From positions 6,138,001-6,202,000 of the forward strand of contig OZ059899.1 in the NCBI GenBank assembly GCA_964057225.1: a stretch of DNA of 64,000 nucleotides. The letters are read 5' to 3'. The position numbers and the translations under genes are program-made. The notes beneath the pieces are model-generated. The model did not search any database and was not told the DNA's origin. It worked only from the letters and a program-made list of their open reading frames with translations. Of this stretch, positions 12,073 to 26,700 are shown one piece after another. Source of the stretch: Auanema rhodensis (lineage: Eukaryota; Animalia; Nematoda). Each line of letters begins with the position of its first letter. Position 1 is the stretch's first letter.

Positions 12073-15000
12073 TTGAATTGTGGTAACAATAAACAAGCAA
12101 TCTTGTAAGACCATGGATCATCCGACTAAAATAGGAGAAAACGTAAAGAAAATATTTTAGAGAAAGCTTGGATGGGAAAATTGGATTTAATTTGGTTATC
12201 TCGAGGTGTGGGAAGTAAATGATTTGAGGTTTTTTTTTAACTCAGATGCTTTGTTAGTTGAAGAATAACAGCACAAGTTTTAAAATTTAAATCCAGAAAA
12301 TTAAAAAAAAATGAAGCTGAAGAGATTTGAAGAGAAACTGGAAGAAAATGAAAGACTAAGCGAACTGATGAGAATGAAAAGAATATTCAAACAGATAGCG
12401 AGGCAGAATGCACGATCTGATAATAGAAGAGACGAAAAACGGATTTTTTGAAAAAAGTTTCTTTTCCAAGAAAATATTTATAATACCGTTCGGTTTAAAG
12501 ATGTTGAAGCGTGAATGGAGGAGATGACGAAGTAACAACATCACACTGTCATCTGTTAAATAGCAAGCTGATACACAATACGAGATGAGTTAAATGGCAA
12601 AAGCACAAAGTTAATTGAGTTATTGACAGATATTTTAAGAATATTATTAAGAAAATGATTGATCGAGAAGCTGGATAAGAAAAAGAAAATAGATTCGGCT
12701 AGTCTTTATGTTTCATAATAGTGCATTTTTTAAAAAAGTATTATATAAACATGGAAAAATTTAGTTTAAAAGAAAATGAAATGAGATAATGTTTCAAGTT
12801 TCTAGCGAATTTAGGAAATAAAAAGTTTTGAGAAAGCTGGAAAAGTTGCAAATGAGATGCTGGAAAGGGAAAAAGAAAATGGAATGCGAATGTCTAACAA
12901 GACCGCTAGCAAGGAGAAAAGAGAAAAGATGGCGCAGAAGAGGATGATGAAGATGAGAGCCAGAGGTCGACGAGTCAATGAGCACCAGTTATGCATTGTG
13001 AATGAGCTTTTCTGCATGGGATGGAATCGTTTTGATTCTAATAGATGCTGTGGATATGTCTGATCAATCGCGATAAAGCTTCATGGACAGTGCCCCCTTC
13101 ATGAGGTCAGTAAAAGCTCAGAACGAGACGGGGGGAATGAACGTGGAGACTGAAGAGTAGTGAAGATATTTGAAAAGTAGTAGACAAAGACACGCGAAGA
13201 CATCATAATGAATTGAGTATGAGTTCGACCTGGAAGCAACCAGTAAATTCAGTTTTGCTTGAATGAAAGAGAATATATAAATGATTGAAGAAAGGAAGTG
13301 ATTGTATGAGAGAAAAGAAGAAAACTTCTCAGAAGGAGCTTGTTGGCTGAGAAGAACGGATAGAGTGCAAATCATCGTCGAGAAGATGAAAAAGCGACTA
13401 TTTTTTCCAACTAAAATTCAATAATTGGATTAGACACTTGCAGCTTTAGCAACAATAAAGCCAGGAACTTTTAATCATTTACTGACCAAGATATTGCCTA
13501 AGACTACGGTAAAGGTAGTGTCTCTGTCGCACATTGAAAACGAATACGCCGACTGAGAATCTGTTTCTCTGGAACAGCTGGTCCCACACAGTCAAATCCT
13601 CTTTTTCAATTCAAAAATGTATCTCCTTTTAATGAAATTGAAAGCAAATGAAGAAAAAAAAACTTTTGGACGCCAAAGATGTTTATGGCAGCAAGCAATC
13701 TGGTCTCAATTTTCTTTGTAAGACTTGACTCGAGCTAACATACTGGTCGGTTAATTGTTCGAACGGAATCAGATGAATATTCCAGTAAGGAAATTGCAAT
13801 CGTTTCCGTAACCTTGACTGAAACTAAGGCAAAGAAAAATGCTCGTACTTTTACAAGAAAACCATTTCATCAAAAAAAAAGTTTTAATTGTGGATTTGAA
13901 ATAAAAAGAAGGAAAATTAGAGATGAAATAAAGACGATTTGTCTTGTTTTTTTTAAAACTGCTTAGTAACAATTATGTCAAATTTGTTGAACAGACGGGC
14001 AAGTGAACATAAGGCAAGAGAAAAAATCGAAAAGATAAACTTAAAGAAAAAGTAGACAATTTGATATATTACTCCGGAAATAAGACCATGTAAAAGTAGA
14101 AATATATATTCTATTTGGAACATGGTAAAGATTTCAACTGATTTATGAGGCTAAAGATAATATTTCTGAAAGCTTAACGTGACAAGGTGCTTGCTTGCAG
14201 CCGAAGATCAAGTAGATCTGTAAACACAAACGGAATCGACATGTTTGGAAACGCGTGAAGTGATGATGACTGAAAGGGAAAACTGAAATAGAACGAAATT
14301 TGGAGATAATTCAAAGAAATAGATTTAAAAATTACAAGAAGATGATTGAGAATATAATTATTATTATTACAAACTAACTGAAAACCATCTCAGTTGACGA
14401 CTAGATTTTGAGTAATAATTTTCGAACGGCCATCGGATATTTCAATTGAATGATTGTGAGGCTGGATAACCGGAATATTAGATGGCTATGCAACAACATT
14501 CTAGGAGAAGCTTTGAAAATGTTTTCGATTTTACTTTGAGTAGCCGAAAATTATTTGAAAACACTTAATAAGCCAGAAGTGAGAAGAAACCTGACAAGCA
14601 TTAGATAATACTGCGGTTGCGAGACTAGCATTACTTCAACCGTTAGGATGACTTCTCGAGGTGCTCTCAAGAAGTTATGAGATGAAACTGCTAAGCTAGG
14701 TATCTTATCCTCACTTACTTATGTTGTCGACACTTCAGTTCATCATTTTTGAATGTCGATTGATCATCTATTTCATCTAGATATTGAAGTTATTAGCTTC
14801 TAGTTTTCTCATCTCGTTCAGAGATATGAAATGAATAAGTAGTAAGAAAGTGAAGATATAAGGGAGATAGAAAGTATAGACATAAGATAGAAATAGAAAG
14901 AATAAAAGAGAGAAGAGAGAAAGGAAAAAGGGAGAAAAAAAGAAAGGAAGTTAGTCAGTAACTTACTGATGACGACAGACATCTTGTCTTCTCCGTCACA

Positions 15001-18000
15001 AAGTAATATTCCGTTTTACCGACAAAGGGAGAAGACTATTAAGCCGTATAGTTTTCAATCAGATAGGCATAGCATATATTGCTAGTTACATGTCTTCAGA
15101 TGACTTTCAGTGAAACAACAAATGTTGTCAGAAAGATGTTACTATGAACTATTTCATAGTTTACTTTGAAAAATGGTCGTTTTTCAAAGATTTATAAATC
15201 TTGGATCAAGAGAGAATAGTAAAAGAATATATAAAGGATTGTATTGAAAAAAAATTATATGTTCTCATTCAATATATTCAACAATTTTTTTTTCAAAAAA
15301 ATCATTCAACCGAGTATCATGATTACGTTTTCATCAACAGCTTTGTTCAAACGTAAGAGGATGAGAAGCCCTCTGGCTGGTCAAAATCTATGACATAGAA
15401 GAAAAATGAAATTTATCTTTTCCCCCTGAGGCAGTTAGGGAGGTATAATTTAGTTTAATTAGATTAATCTAATCTAATTTCCAAGTTTTTCAAACAACAA
15501 TTGGGAACCATCGCTATTGGTCGAATCGAGTTTTTGCTTTTAGGGATAAAAATTTAAATCTTTTGTTGAAAACACTAAATAAAAAAATGACAATAACTAG
15601 AAAAATGCTGTGAAAAATGAGAAAAAAAAGATTCTCGGCAATAGAAGTAGGATATTCAAATATGAAGGATGATGAGATGGGAAAGTTGGAGTGGAGATGC
15701 AATCATAAAGTAAGTCGAAGCTCTTAACAAGTTTCTCATAATTGAAGAATTGAGAGATGAAAACTACACAAGACGAATCATAGTAGTTTAAAGTTTCAGT
15801 AAACGAATGATAAAATATAAAATTTTAATATTTGATGTTTATGATAGAAGTTACAATTGAATTGGAACATCTGGAATAGTAGGCATCATGTTATGGTAAA
15901 AACAAAATAAAAAGAAACGAGTCGTAATATCTTGAAAATCATAAAAGCTTCTAAAATCCGTTCTACATTATGGTGTATGAAAGATAGTAAACGATAACGT
16001 ATTCACATCAGAATGGCAACAGATCAACAGTAAAAAAACAAGTTTATGAATGTTTTAGCTAGGACACTGGTCACATCGTAAAGTTATATGTGAGGCTATA
16101 GGTACGACGTGAGTATATTGACAAGTAGTTTAGAAATAAATTGTTGAATATGAAATAATGGTATATATCTTATTCTTCTGGTAATAATTTATAAGAATAG
16201 TATATATATAAGATATATACTATATGTTATAGAACAATATAATTTGTTGAACCCTAACTTCAATAAAAATCTTTTTGTTTAATGACAGAATGATTAGAAG
16301 AAAGGCAAAAGAATGACATGATATATACTGAAATGAAGATGAAAAAGAGCCAATGGATACGTGTAGAATGAAAAATGTGAAAATGTGATTGATATTAAGA
16401 TAGAAAGGAAAAAAAAGAAATATTATATCTCAGGTTTGTAGATGGAACGCCAAGTTTTAGTATACGGTATGTGACCCTAACGACACTTTTAACGAACATA
16501 TATCATTTAACTGTGGCTAGAAGAGAATGAACAAGAAAAATTAGAAGAAAGCTAATGCTATTTGGATGAAGGACGAACAGTCATAGGCCGTATATAGAGT
16601 ATTGAAATGAAACAAAAAAAAAAGAAGTTAAATGAATATAATCTCCGGAGTGAAATATCTGAATTGCCGGAAAAGGCTGAACCTTTTGGGCCGGCTGCCA
16701 GAAACATAGGCCTCCAGAGGGCCCCTCTCCTGTTGGATTTAGGAGGAGGCTAGTCTCCGCCCATATACAAGTCATCGGTCAGTTTATGAAGGCGTGGTTA
16801 CGTGGGTCTTGCTGATAATTCGAATAAAAATTACAGAATAGAAAGATTGACAGAATAATTAAACTGACGTAAAAAATATATATTTTTTTGCTTACTTGAT
16901 AGTTGTTGTCGTTTATTGCTATACGTGAATATAGAATAGTTCATATTACGTCATTTTATGGCCTTTTGTACAAAAATTACGTGAAAGTTCACGCAAATAA
17001 GACAGATACAACCAACACACGTATACACGTCGAAGGCTAACAAGCTCATTTCTATCGGTCATAATGTATTGAACGGTTGTTCTGATTTCTATTCATGTGT
17101 AGATGAATTGTTGTTGCTCTCAGTGAATCTTTTCCATTTCTTAAGAATGGTTCAGATTGAACAGTGTTCGAAAACAGCCTTGTCTAATTACCAAATGTGG
17201 TAAAGAACGGATAATAAAGGAAGTAATAATAGCTAAGAGATGAAACGTCAGCCCTCATTACAACGGCTTTATGAGCATGTAAATGAAGATCTATGTAGCT
17301 TGAAACATCTATATATGAGGACAGCCGGCTGTGCGACTGCAGCTGCATCGGACTATCTTTGTGAGAGGACAGTCCCATTGAGAGATAACCAGTCAATATC
17401 TAATATGTAATATTGAATAGTATAGTAGTAGAAACAATGTGTTAGGTAGATTAAAAATGAAGAGGTTGAATGACCATGAGAGGGTGAGGCAAAAATAGAG
17501 ATGTCTGGGATTCAGATATCTCAATTCTGAGAGCTGAAAATCAGAAAAAAAGCTATTTGTATAATCAATTTATTAATTTGTATATATGTCATTGAGTAAT
17601 AACTTATATAGTAGACATACACTATACTATGTTTACACGGATTTCAACAAAGCAGATGACTAATCAAGCCTTTTCTCTGTGTCCGTCTTCTATTAAGACA
17701 GTTAGGTTTTGAAATCATGATGTCACGCAATATTTGAAGACAAATTCATTTTCAGGAATATTAATTAAGAAATAGAATGCAAAATAAAGAAAAATGAAAA
17801 TTGTTTTTCTTGTTATGTTGTGTTAGTTGCCTGCTATTTCAAATCAAAAAAAGGGATAAATATACCAAATAAGGTAAATAATATAGATTAGAATAAAATA
17901 GTAAAATTAGATCAATTAGGTCAGCAATTCAATAAAAATAACAATAGGATTATATTAGAAAAGAAGGATTTCTTTTTAAAATTTCCGAAATTCGAAATAA

Positions 18001-21000
18001 TCCTTTAAAAATTGCGATGGAATTAACATTTTAGTTTTATGACTCTTCCTGACTAAAACAGGATTGTGAAAACTTAATTGAAACATTCAGAAAAAATTTC
18101 AAGAAAAGTTGCCAAATGTGAAGATGAATGAACATTTAGAAAATAAAAAATAAAAATAAATTTCATTAAAATTATTAAAATTAAGAATATTGATTCAATA
18201 CCGTAATCCGGTTTGTAAAGTTAGAAGATGACTAAAGAAGTCAATGAAGAGAGCTGAATGTAATAGTGATCCAGAATGCGGTAAGAGGATCTTATGATGA
18301 TCGTCATCAGCGGTCAACGTCAACTGAGCCAAGCTTTTTCATAGTGTGGCAGCTGATACTCGAATACATTAGAAGCTCTTAATCTGAGAACATCTAAGTA
18401 GCCACATTAATCTTATTTATGCTATATGACGTATAACGTCAAGTACCGTTATTCACACGAATATGTAGATCAAAATAAGATTTTATGAAGCTTAACCTCA
18501 ATTAGATAGATTCTATTTTTAATATAAAATTGGATTTATACTATACGTATCATAAAGTTAGTCTACGTGCTAGAAAATTGTTATATGCTATTTTCTTCTT
18601 TTTTTCTCGAACAGACTAGTTTTCTAACAAGCCGTAAGGCTGTAGGATACATCTAATTTACAAAATTGGATTATGACAGTAGGTTAATCCTTAACACATG
18701 TTTTGTTGTCTGATGACATCTGAATAACAAAGACTTGTTGACAAAATCAGATTGTTCGAATGGAGCAACTGTTGGGATAGGCATCAAATCTTAATGTAGT
18801 CGAGAGCTTCATAATCTGATGATATTACGTACTGTTGTCAATCGAAAGCCAGCTGAACAAGGCACATCTCAGCACAAATGCAGTAGACCGATTGAAGAGG
18901 ATCATTTATAAAATTTGACAAGAAAGGCAGGCTAAGTGACCTTGTGCGAATGCTGATCAGACAAGCTATTAACAGCAGGACAACCACGAACTGTTGACAG
19001 CATAGAATAGTAATAGTAGTAGTTATGTTGAATAGATTAACGGCACTGCTGAGAGTTTCAGAGTTGAAAAAGCTTCTAAAACAACTTAACTTTCACATTA
19101 AATTAGTTTTTTTTTACAAATATAACGAAAAACAAACTATATTGAAGACTTTAAACAATTAAAATAAAGAAAATTCTATGCCATCTAATGATGATAATGT
19201 ACGGTAGGAGTCTGTGTCTCAGTGCGACCATACTAAAACTTGTCTGACAAAGAAGAAAATAAGAGGTATAACCAAGTTCATCAAGAAAAAGAAAACTATG
19301 CCTTTGCGGTCTTCAATTCAATTAGCCAATTGTCGTCTGAAACTCCTATTACGGTGAACAGGAAAATTGAGTCAACAGGTTGTGTTAAGCTGATACATCA
19401 AGTTTTCCTTATCAGGTACAGACGTCCTTTTATCAGGAAAAAAAAAGTTATGCAATGAATCATAACTACAACCCATTCACATGTTTCTATGAAAATATAG
19501 ATTTATAATAGATACTTGACAAAATTTATAGTCAAAATCTATAATTAACTTGGTTTGACTGGCAATAAAGCTTCAAGTGCAAACTGATAGAGGATCTATT
19601 TTCGGTATAAAATCTGAAGAATCCTAGATAAAGGCTGGATCTCAGATGCAGTGAAAAGACAAAGAAGATATCAAAGAGCAGCTGCAGGGCACATCAGAAC
19701 TGACTTGGCGGTAAGGCTCACAGAAGACAAACATGTCTCCATGATGACAAAGGAGGCTGGCATAACGAGGATGGACTTGACGAGGACATGAAGATGGCGA
19801 AGAGTCCTTCTAATAGCTTGAGCGTCGGTCCGACCTCTTCAAGGAAGAGGGGACGCTTTGATGGCGTAACCCTCAAAAAACAGTAACCATGCAAAGATGA
19901 ATGAGGGCAAACAGTGAATTGACGTGATATGTAATGGTTACCAGAGATTCACCAAAATCTAAAGAAAGACCGCTCATTATACAATTGATGAATAGAGATA
20001 TGAAAGACTGTAATTAAGATATTGGAAAATTAATTGAAATAAAAGAAAAATATAAAGATTTATGATATAGAGATTGTATTTTTCTTAAAAGTTGAGGTGT
20101 CAAACCATAATCAAGGAGACAAAATGAACGATGAGAAGAAAAGGATATGAAGAAGGTTGCCATAAAACAATGAACAAGCAAGGCCAACAACATGGATAGT
20201 TATACCTCTTGCCTAAGTGTATTGACAGCCTTCGATCAGTGAAAATGAGCATAATGAGTATCGAAGAGGCTATTTGTTAAAGGAAGTCGAGGGCCATGGT
20301 CAAAAGGCGGATAGAAAGTGATACAGGACTGGACATGTTGGATATAATAGACAATGACAAGACCATGTGTTTTTCAAGGTTAAAAGTCAAAAGTAATAGT
20401 TATCGTTTATACGGTATGATTTTAATGAGATTAGAGCAGGAAGCTATAGTATAATTTCAGGAACACATGAAGAGCAATTAGACAACCAGATGCAAAATAC
20501 CTGACTCTAAAGCTACAACAACCGTTTGTTCCTATTTGTAGATATTTGGTTCAGGATTGTTAGTAAGATGATCTACACTCACAATATTCCTTTTCTCTCT
20601 CTCATTCTATCAACTTCTAAAAGTGATTAGAGTGTGAATACAGATATGACAAGAGCGATAAGTCGATCGTAGGCGATGAAGGAATGATATAAAAGACGAT
20701 TCAAGTCATGCAATACGAAAGAGAGCTGGTGAGAGAAGCATCTGTAGCTGGCAGATTTTCCATGAAATCAGTCATCTGATTCAACAATAAAGCAAATACT
20801 CGAATGATATTATGATGATACAAATAGTAAAGAAGAAAAAGATGGAACGTTCAGCATAACCCTGCTCTGTGTATGTGTATATCATCATACATAAATAGAT
20901 AAATTGAATAGAAGAATAGACCGATTACAAATATGGAAATGAATTCCAGCTTCACACAAAATGCAAATGAGGAAATTTGCGCATCTTCATACAAAATTAC

Positions 21001-21349
21001 ATTTTATGAAATTACAAAAATAAATAAATATATACGAAATACTGTATAAATATTTAGTTTTTAAACATTATTCGTTTAGAAATAATAAAAAAAAAGAATA
21101 AAAACGACCGTTCTATGCCAATGAGAATATTAAAATAATGAATAGAATGTATGTAACGTGTGAAATTAGAATATAGATAGCTTCATATGATAAATCAATT
21201 CAAACTTTTTTAATGAAATAATAGACTATGAGAGAAATAATTAATTGATTATGAGAAAAGACTACAAAAAAAAAGAAAGATTGTATTCAATTTTTTAACT
21301 ACATTCTTTAATATAATACATATACATATATACATATTTATTATATGTA

Positions 21350-21377
<28 letters not shown>
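21350..21377. repeat. (TA)n microsatellite
   Basis: Uninterrupted AT dinucleotide run. Confidence 0.9.
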
Positions 21378-21380
<3 letters not shown>

Positions 21381-22553
21381 CGGATATTGTGTATAATATT
21401 AGAAATGTAAGGTTATACATATAATTTTAAAAGATATTATTGTTATATGATCACTAGGCTTTATATAAAAGAAGAAAAGTTTTTACTAACGGAAATTAAA
21501 GAAGAAGAAAATCTGAGAAATGTTCCGGTCGAACTGATTTTGTATATTTGGTATAACAAACTATTGACGATGTCATGGTGATGAATATTTGGTTATTCTG
21601 ATAATATGAATAGAAATACTTTTAGTTATATATGACTTGTATAGATTTTTCTATACAAAAGCATCAAGAGTTAGAAGACGAATCTGTCATTTCTGATTTA
21701 ATATGAAAGTCTCACAGAAATATTACGGCGAAAAGACAAGTGCATTGGTCATTTCCGAAAAATAATTCAAATAACATGTATTATTCTTCAGAATTTATAA
21801 TTTGTTTTATACATTATGATAATGTGGTTAAAAACGGAATTAAAAAAACTTTATGTATCAAAAAGTTGGAAAATTTTGATTCTTTTTGATGAGGCGCTGA
21901 GTTGAATGCCAACAGCTGTCGGTTGTCAGCCCATCTGTATTCTTTGGAAAGGCTCATAACTCTTTGCTGTGAGATAGTTAGAAGCTTTTCCAGCTTTGTT
22001 CAAATATGTAAATCAGACAACTGGGAATTATTACTCGGTGACAAGTTGGAAATATTTATTTCTTTTATTCTTTAAGAATAAAAAACTTCACGCTACTTGT
22101 CTGGTCGTTGGGAAAATTTTTTTGAAAATCATCGGAAAGTTTTGTATTTAAAAAATTATTATATTTCAAACAGAAGATAATAATTCGAATATTTTATGAA
22201 TTTTTTTATGAAAATGTTTTGTATAGTTTATTTAATATTTTGAAGATGATATAGTATTTCAAAAAAAAAATTATTTGGAAAGAGCAGAAAAAAATCAAAG
22301 TTCGCAAAATTATTTGAAGGCATCATGTTTCTAAGTAGAATTATATAAAAAGAAAGTCCATATTTGAGCAAATAAACAATAAACGTACTTATGTTAAGAC
22401 GTTTATTTTACTCCTTGAACTTCTTTATAAACAATTTCAAACAGGAACTGTAGATGAAAACAGGATAAGATAGAGACGAAAGATGTTCGCAATTTCGGAT
22501 AAAATTTTAAAAATACGAACTACATATTATTAAATAAACGAGTTAATTAATGT

Positions 22554-22625
22554 GGCCGAATGGTCTAGGGGTATGATTCTCGCTTTGGGTGCGAGAGGTC
22601 CCGGGTTCAAATCCCGGTTCGGCCC
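22554..22625 (+). tRNA. tRNA-Pro (anticodon UGG)
   Basis: 72 nt GGCCGAATGGTCTAGGGGTATGATTCTCGCTTTGGGTGCGAGAGGTCCCGGGTTCAAATCCCGGTTCGGCCC. Acceptor stem GGCCGAA/TTCGGCC, anticodon stem CTCGC/GCGAG around TT-TGG-GT, T-arm GGTTCAAATCC, followed by a T-run terminator. Confidence 0.98.
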
Positions 22626-23632
22626 AAACTTTTTCTAAATTTTGTATATTTTTAAGAAAAAAACGGAAGGCGAATTGAAACCTAAAACGGCCGAGTATCT
22701 AGGCAATTCTTACCTTATATTGGAAGCTAAAGTTTGGTTTGATTTGTTTTCGTAAAATTAGTTGAATGAAAAGCAGAAAAGAAAAGCTATCTTAGGATTA
22801 TATACTAATAGTATATTTAGTCGTATTATGAAAAGATTCAAAACTAAAGAAAAAGATATATATATATAAAGAGAAAGAAAGAGAGAGAGAGATGTGGGGG
22901 GGGGGAGAGAGGAATAAAAATAAAATAATGATATAACCAATGAGTTAAAGCAACAAGTTATATAGAAATGCATAATAATGATGAATTCATACATATATGT
23001 GAGTGAGTGATGAAGCGAAGAAATCAAGAAAATATGAAAAAGATAATGTATATATAGAAAGAGAAAACAAATGCTCAGCTCATTACAAGCTTGAGGTATT
23101 TTATTACAAGAAATAATTTCAAATCAATATGTTGAATATATAAGGATATACATAGATACATGTATGTATGCGAAAACTACTTAAAAGGTGCAAAAATCAA
23201 ATAAATACTTTCATAAAATAGTAAATATTGAAAATAAAATGATGGAAATATTGATAGTTTAAAGAAAAATATGTATATAATAATTGTTTGTTTGTTGAGA
23301 AAAGGTGAAAAAGTTCTAAAATTCAAAAAAACAATACGCTGAAAATATATAATATGAAACTGAGACGGCCATAGCCATAAATGGAGAAGAATTGAAATAA
23401 TATGAAGAACAGAAGGAATAAGAGACGATTCTCGTTTATGCCTCACCTTTTCCAATAAGAAAGAACAAGAGGATATTGAGGATAGGAGGAAGAGAATGAG
23501 GGATTTGACTAAACATAAGGTATCTGATTTACTATGCATGTTCTGTCATATACATGTAGTACTTCTATCTCTGCATACAATTATAAATCACTCTGTTGGA
23601 GGTAGTCTTATATTCTTTCAAACCATGTCTTG

Positions 23633-23716
<84 letters not shown>

Positions 23717-23738
23717 TTCTCTCTCTCTTACTCTCTCT
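23633..23738. repeat. (CT)n/(GA)n microsatellite, ~105 bp with TT interruptions
   Basis: Read directly; it explains the spurious SLSLSL ORF 23496..23771. Confidence 0.95.
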
Positions 23739-26700
23739 TGTCCTTTAACCTGTCATAGCTCAATCTCTTAACCACTTATGCTATCTATATGGAGCCACAC
23801 GTTTTCTCCGGTGAGCAATCTGTCTCCTGAATATTTAAAGATTCTTGTCCAAAAAGACTGATTTAGAAAATGAGAAAAGATTATATTACACAATAAACAT
23901 TGTCTTATATTTGAAAAACTCTAATACTAACTATATTGTATATAAGTAAATTATAAAATAAATATGAAAGAGATGTTATACAAAATTTTTTTTTAAAGAT
24001 TATTGATAATAAGATACATATATTCTGATTTTATAGGGGTGGTAACGTTGAGGTTATACCTTGTACATACATATTTATGTGGCAAATGAAAGGTCGTGTT
24101 TCTAGAGTCCATGTCGTTGCCGACCTAATCCTATCAGGATTTTTGTTTTCGACTGTCCTTCTTCTTCTTCTTCTTCTTCACTAATTATAGTAAGAATGTG
24201 GTTGTTAGATCAGACAATAATCAATCATTTCTTACAAAAATGATGATTGTACTCTATATAAGAATATAAAAAAAGCTGAACAATCAAGATGATCGCTTGA
24301 GCGGAAATAGTCTCATCTAATTGAGATAAATATCAAAAAGAAAAGGTTTGGTTCATCATATATATAGAATATATATGGAAAGAGGGAAAGAGAGGCTAAC
24401 CTCAAGTTTAATTGGATGGAGTCTGATACAGTTTGACAGAAGTAAGAGATTTTCGATAAGACAGTTATTAGTATTATCTAATATTTTTACATCATATACA
24501 CGCTATAACAATAGATTATGAAGTTCATCAGTTGACTTTAGATCCGAAAAACCAGGGGACCAAAAGATTTTGAGAAGATGAAAGAACTAACTGAAATATT
24601 CAGAAGGCTACTAAAGGAAGAGCAAGACAAGAGTAGAGGAGGCATATATGCTTTGTGTCACATAAAGGCCGACAATGAAGAAGAAAGAAAGAAAAAAAAG
24701 GAACAAAATCTCGTCTGGTAATACATGATCAAACTTTTTACTTTGTTCGCATTATTCTGTGACACACTTCAATGCGGTTTTCTCAAAGAAAATTATTATG
24801 TTTCATCAACTGTTAGGTGATTCTGTTCATCGGGAGAAAAAATAATTTGAAGAAACTTTCATGAGAAAATAAAAACTTTTTGTTTAAATTTCTAAAATAT
24901 TATAAGCTAAATATCAATATTATATTATATATGGCTCATATTTATAGTTACTTCATATAAATAAATAAATATGAAGAAATATAAACTAAATCTTTGAATT
25001 GTCATGAACGTTTTCAAAGTATTGTTTATAAAATTAATCTGTTTGGTTATATACGATAGATGGTAATGAAAGAATAATAAAGAAAAAGCATGCGACAACA
25101 CCGAAGGTCTCATTAGACATCAGATTGTTAGGCATTGAACATCTGAATCAAAAGAGGTTGGCAGGATCTGTCGGCTTTTCTCGCTGTTTTTCTGTATCTG
25201 TTCTGTAGGTTTTGTTTGTCTGTTGTTTTTAGATTTCTTTCCTAAACAGGAAATCCGTGCTATCTTGCCGGCCCATCTGCCTTTGACAGTTTCAGATTTC
25301 ATGCAATTATATAGGAAAGACAAACGTATGAGTAGAACCTTTTTTAGGCCGTGTGAACAGCCTTATATACTGGAGAGATTACCCTTCATTCTAGTAGAAC
25401 ATAGAGATTTAGAGAAGATGTACGAGAAAGCCGGCTGAGCTCAGATATGACTAATTATGGACTGAACAGAATATTCTCACCTTTACAATCTCAAACAGAA
25501 GACCCAGGATATTAGGAGATAGGTTGCGATAGAGATCTTAAGGGTGATGAGTTAAAAGTCAGAGGTGACGGAAATAGAGGGAATATACAATCTGATAATT
25601 TGGCCAAAGTTGGTTTTTTAAAAACAATTGTTTTTCTAAAGGCAAAAATAATAATAATAATAAAGGGAACATCTGATAGTAGGATAGAAGGGATCAAGCT
25701 GTGCATTGGGTTAGCAAGCTGTTACTGGTCAGCATTAGGCTTACCCAATATAACACAGCTGATGTTCGTATCTGTGATCAGATGTTTGTCAAGCAGCAAC
25801 GTTTAGCTGCATATATTCTCAGAAATAGAATATAATATATAGAGAGTAAAGAGTAAAAAGAACTAACCGAGGTTACAAGGATTAAATAGGCAAAAAGGAT
25901 GATCAGGTGTACATACAGATATAAAAGCTGTAGAGCGAAAAGAAATTGACATTGATGATGATGTAGCCTTATGCAAGAAATTATTTTATATTAATATAGT
26001 AAGTGTGAGATTATATATTCGAAAATAATTTGAATAACTATTTGGATTAAAAGATTTCAGTTTTGTTTGTTGTTTACTATATTGTTATTGAAAAGTTCTT
26101 AATTTTTAAGAAGATTTTAGTTTTTTTTCTCTAAAATGAATGCAAGGATTTAATGGTATAGAAATAGATTTAACTAAATTATTAGAAAGTTAGCATCCAT
26201 TAACATCTAAGGAATATGAAGGTTTTTTCACTAAAAAAGCGTGAAATTTCTATAACTAGTTCCATGTAGTTCCACCTAAAGTGAAGCCTTTTTGTCTTTT
26301 AAAGAAAAGAAGGAAAAGAAAAAAGAAAATTTTGTTTATACAAGCATTTTTCTGAATTTATTTTTAAAATTTAATGGAATTTACAAGAATAAAATTAATT
26401 ATTGAGTATAGTGAACTAGTTATAAAATTATTTTACTAGAATGAAAACTATTTCATTAGAGACAAATCAGTTGATGACCTTATTCAGATTTAAGTTTGAA
26501 GGTTGGATGTATAGTTAATACAAAATAATTTCAATAAATACATGTATGGGAATTGAAAGGGCAAGATAGAGAGGTTGGAATTGTGAAAAAGAATGAGGTA
26601 AAGAGATATCTAGATAGAGATGAGGGGAGATAGACAGATAAAGAGAGAGGGAGGGAGGGAGGGATTGAGAAAGAAGCGAATGAGCCAGCCGGTCATTGTC

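Noticed and set aside
10881-13375. Several 60-86 aa ORFs (S/L/F-rich on -, K/E/R-rich on +)
   Set aside because: They are by-products of the purine skew, with no splice-consistent structure or motifs.
14606-14643. TAATACTG (miR-8/200/236 seed) at the start of a small hairpin
   Set aside because: It lies in the 5' arm of a short stem whereas this family is 3'-arm derived, and the rest of the sequence does not match.
23496-23771. 91 aa ORF with an SL repeat
   Set aside because: It is simply the translation of the (CT)n microsatellite.
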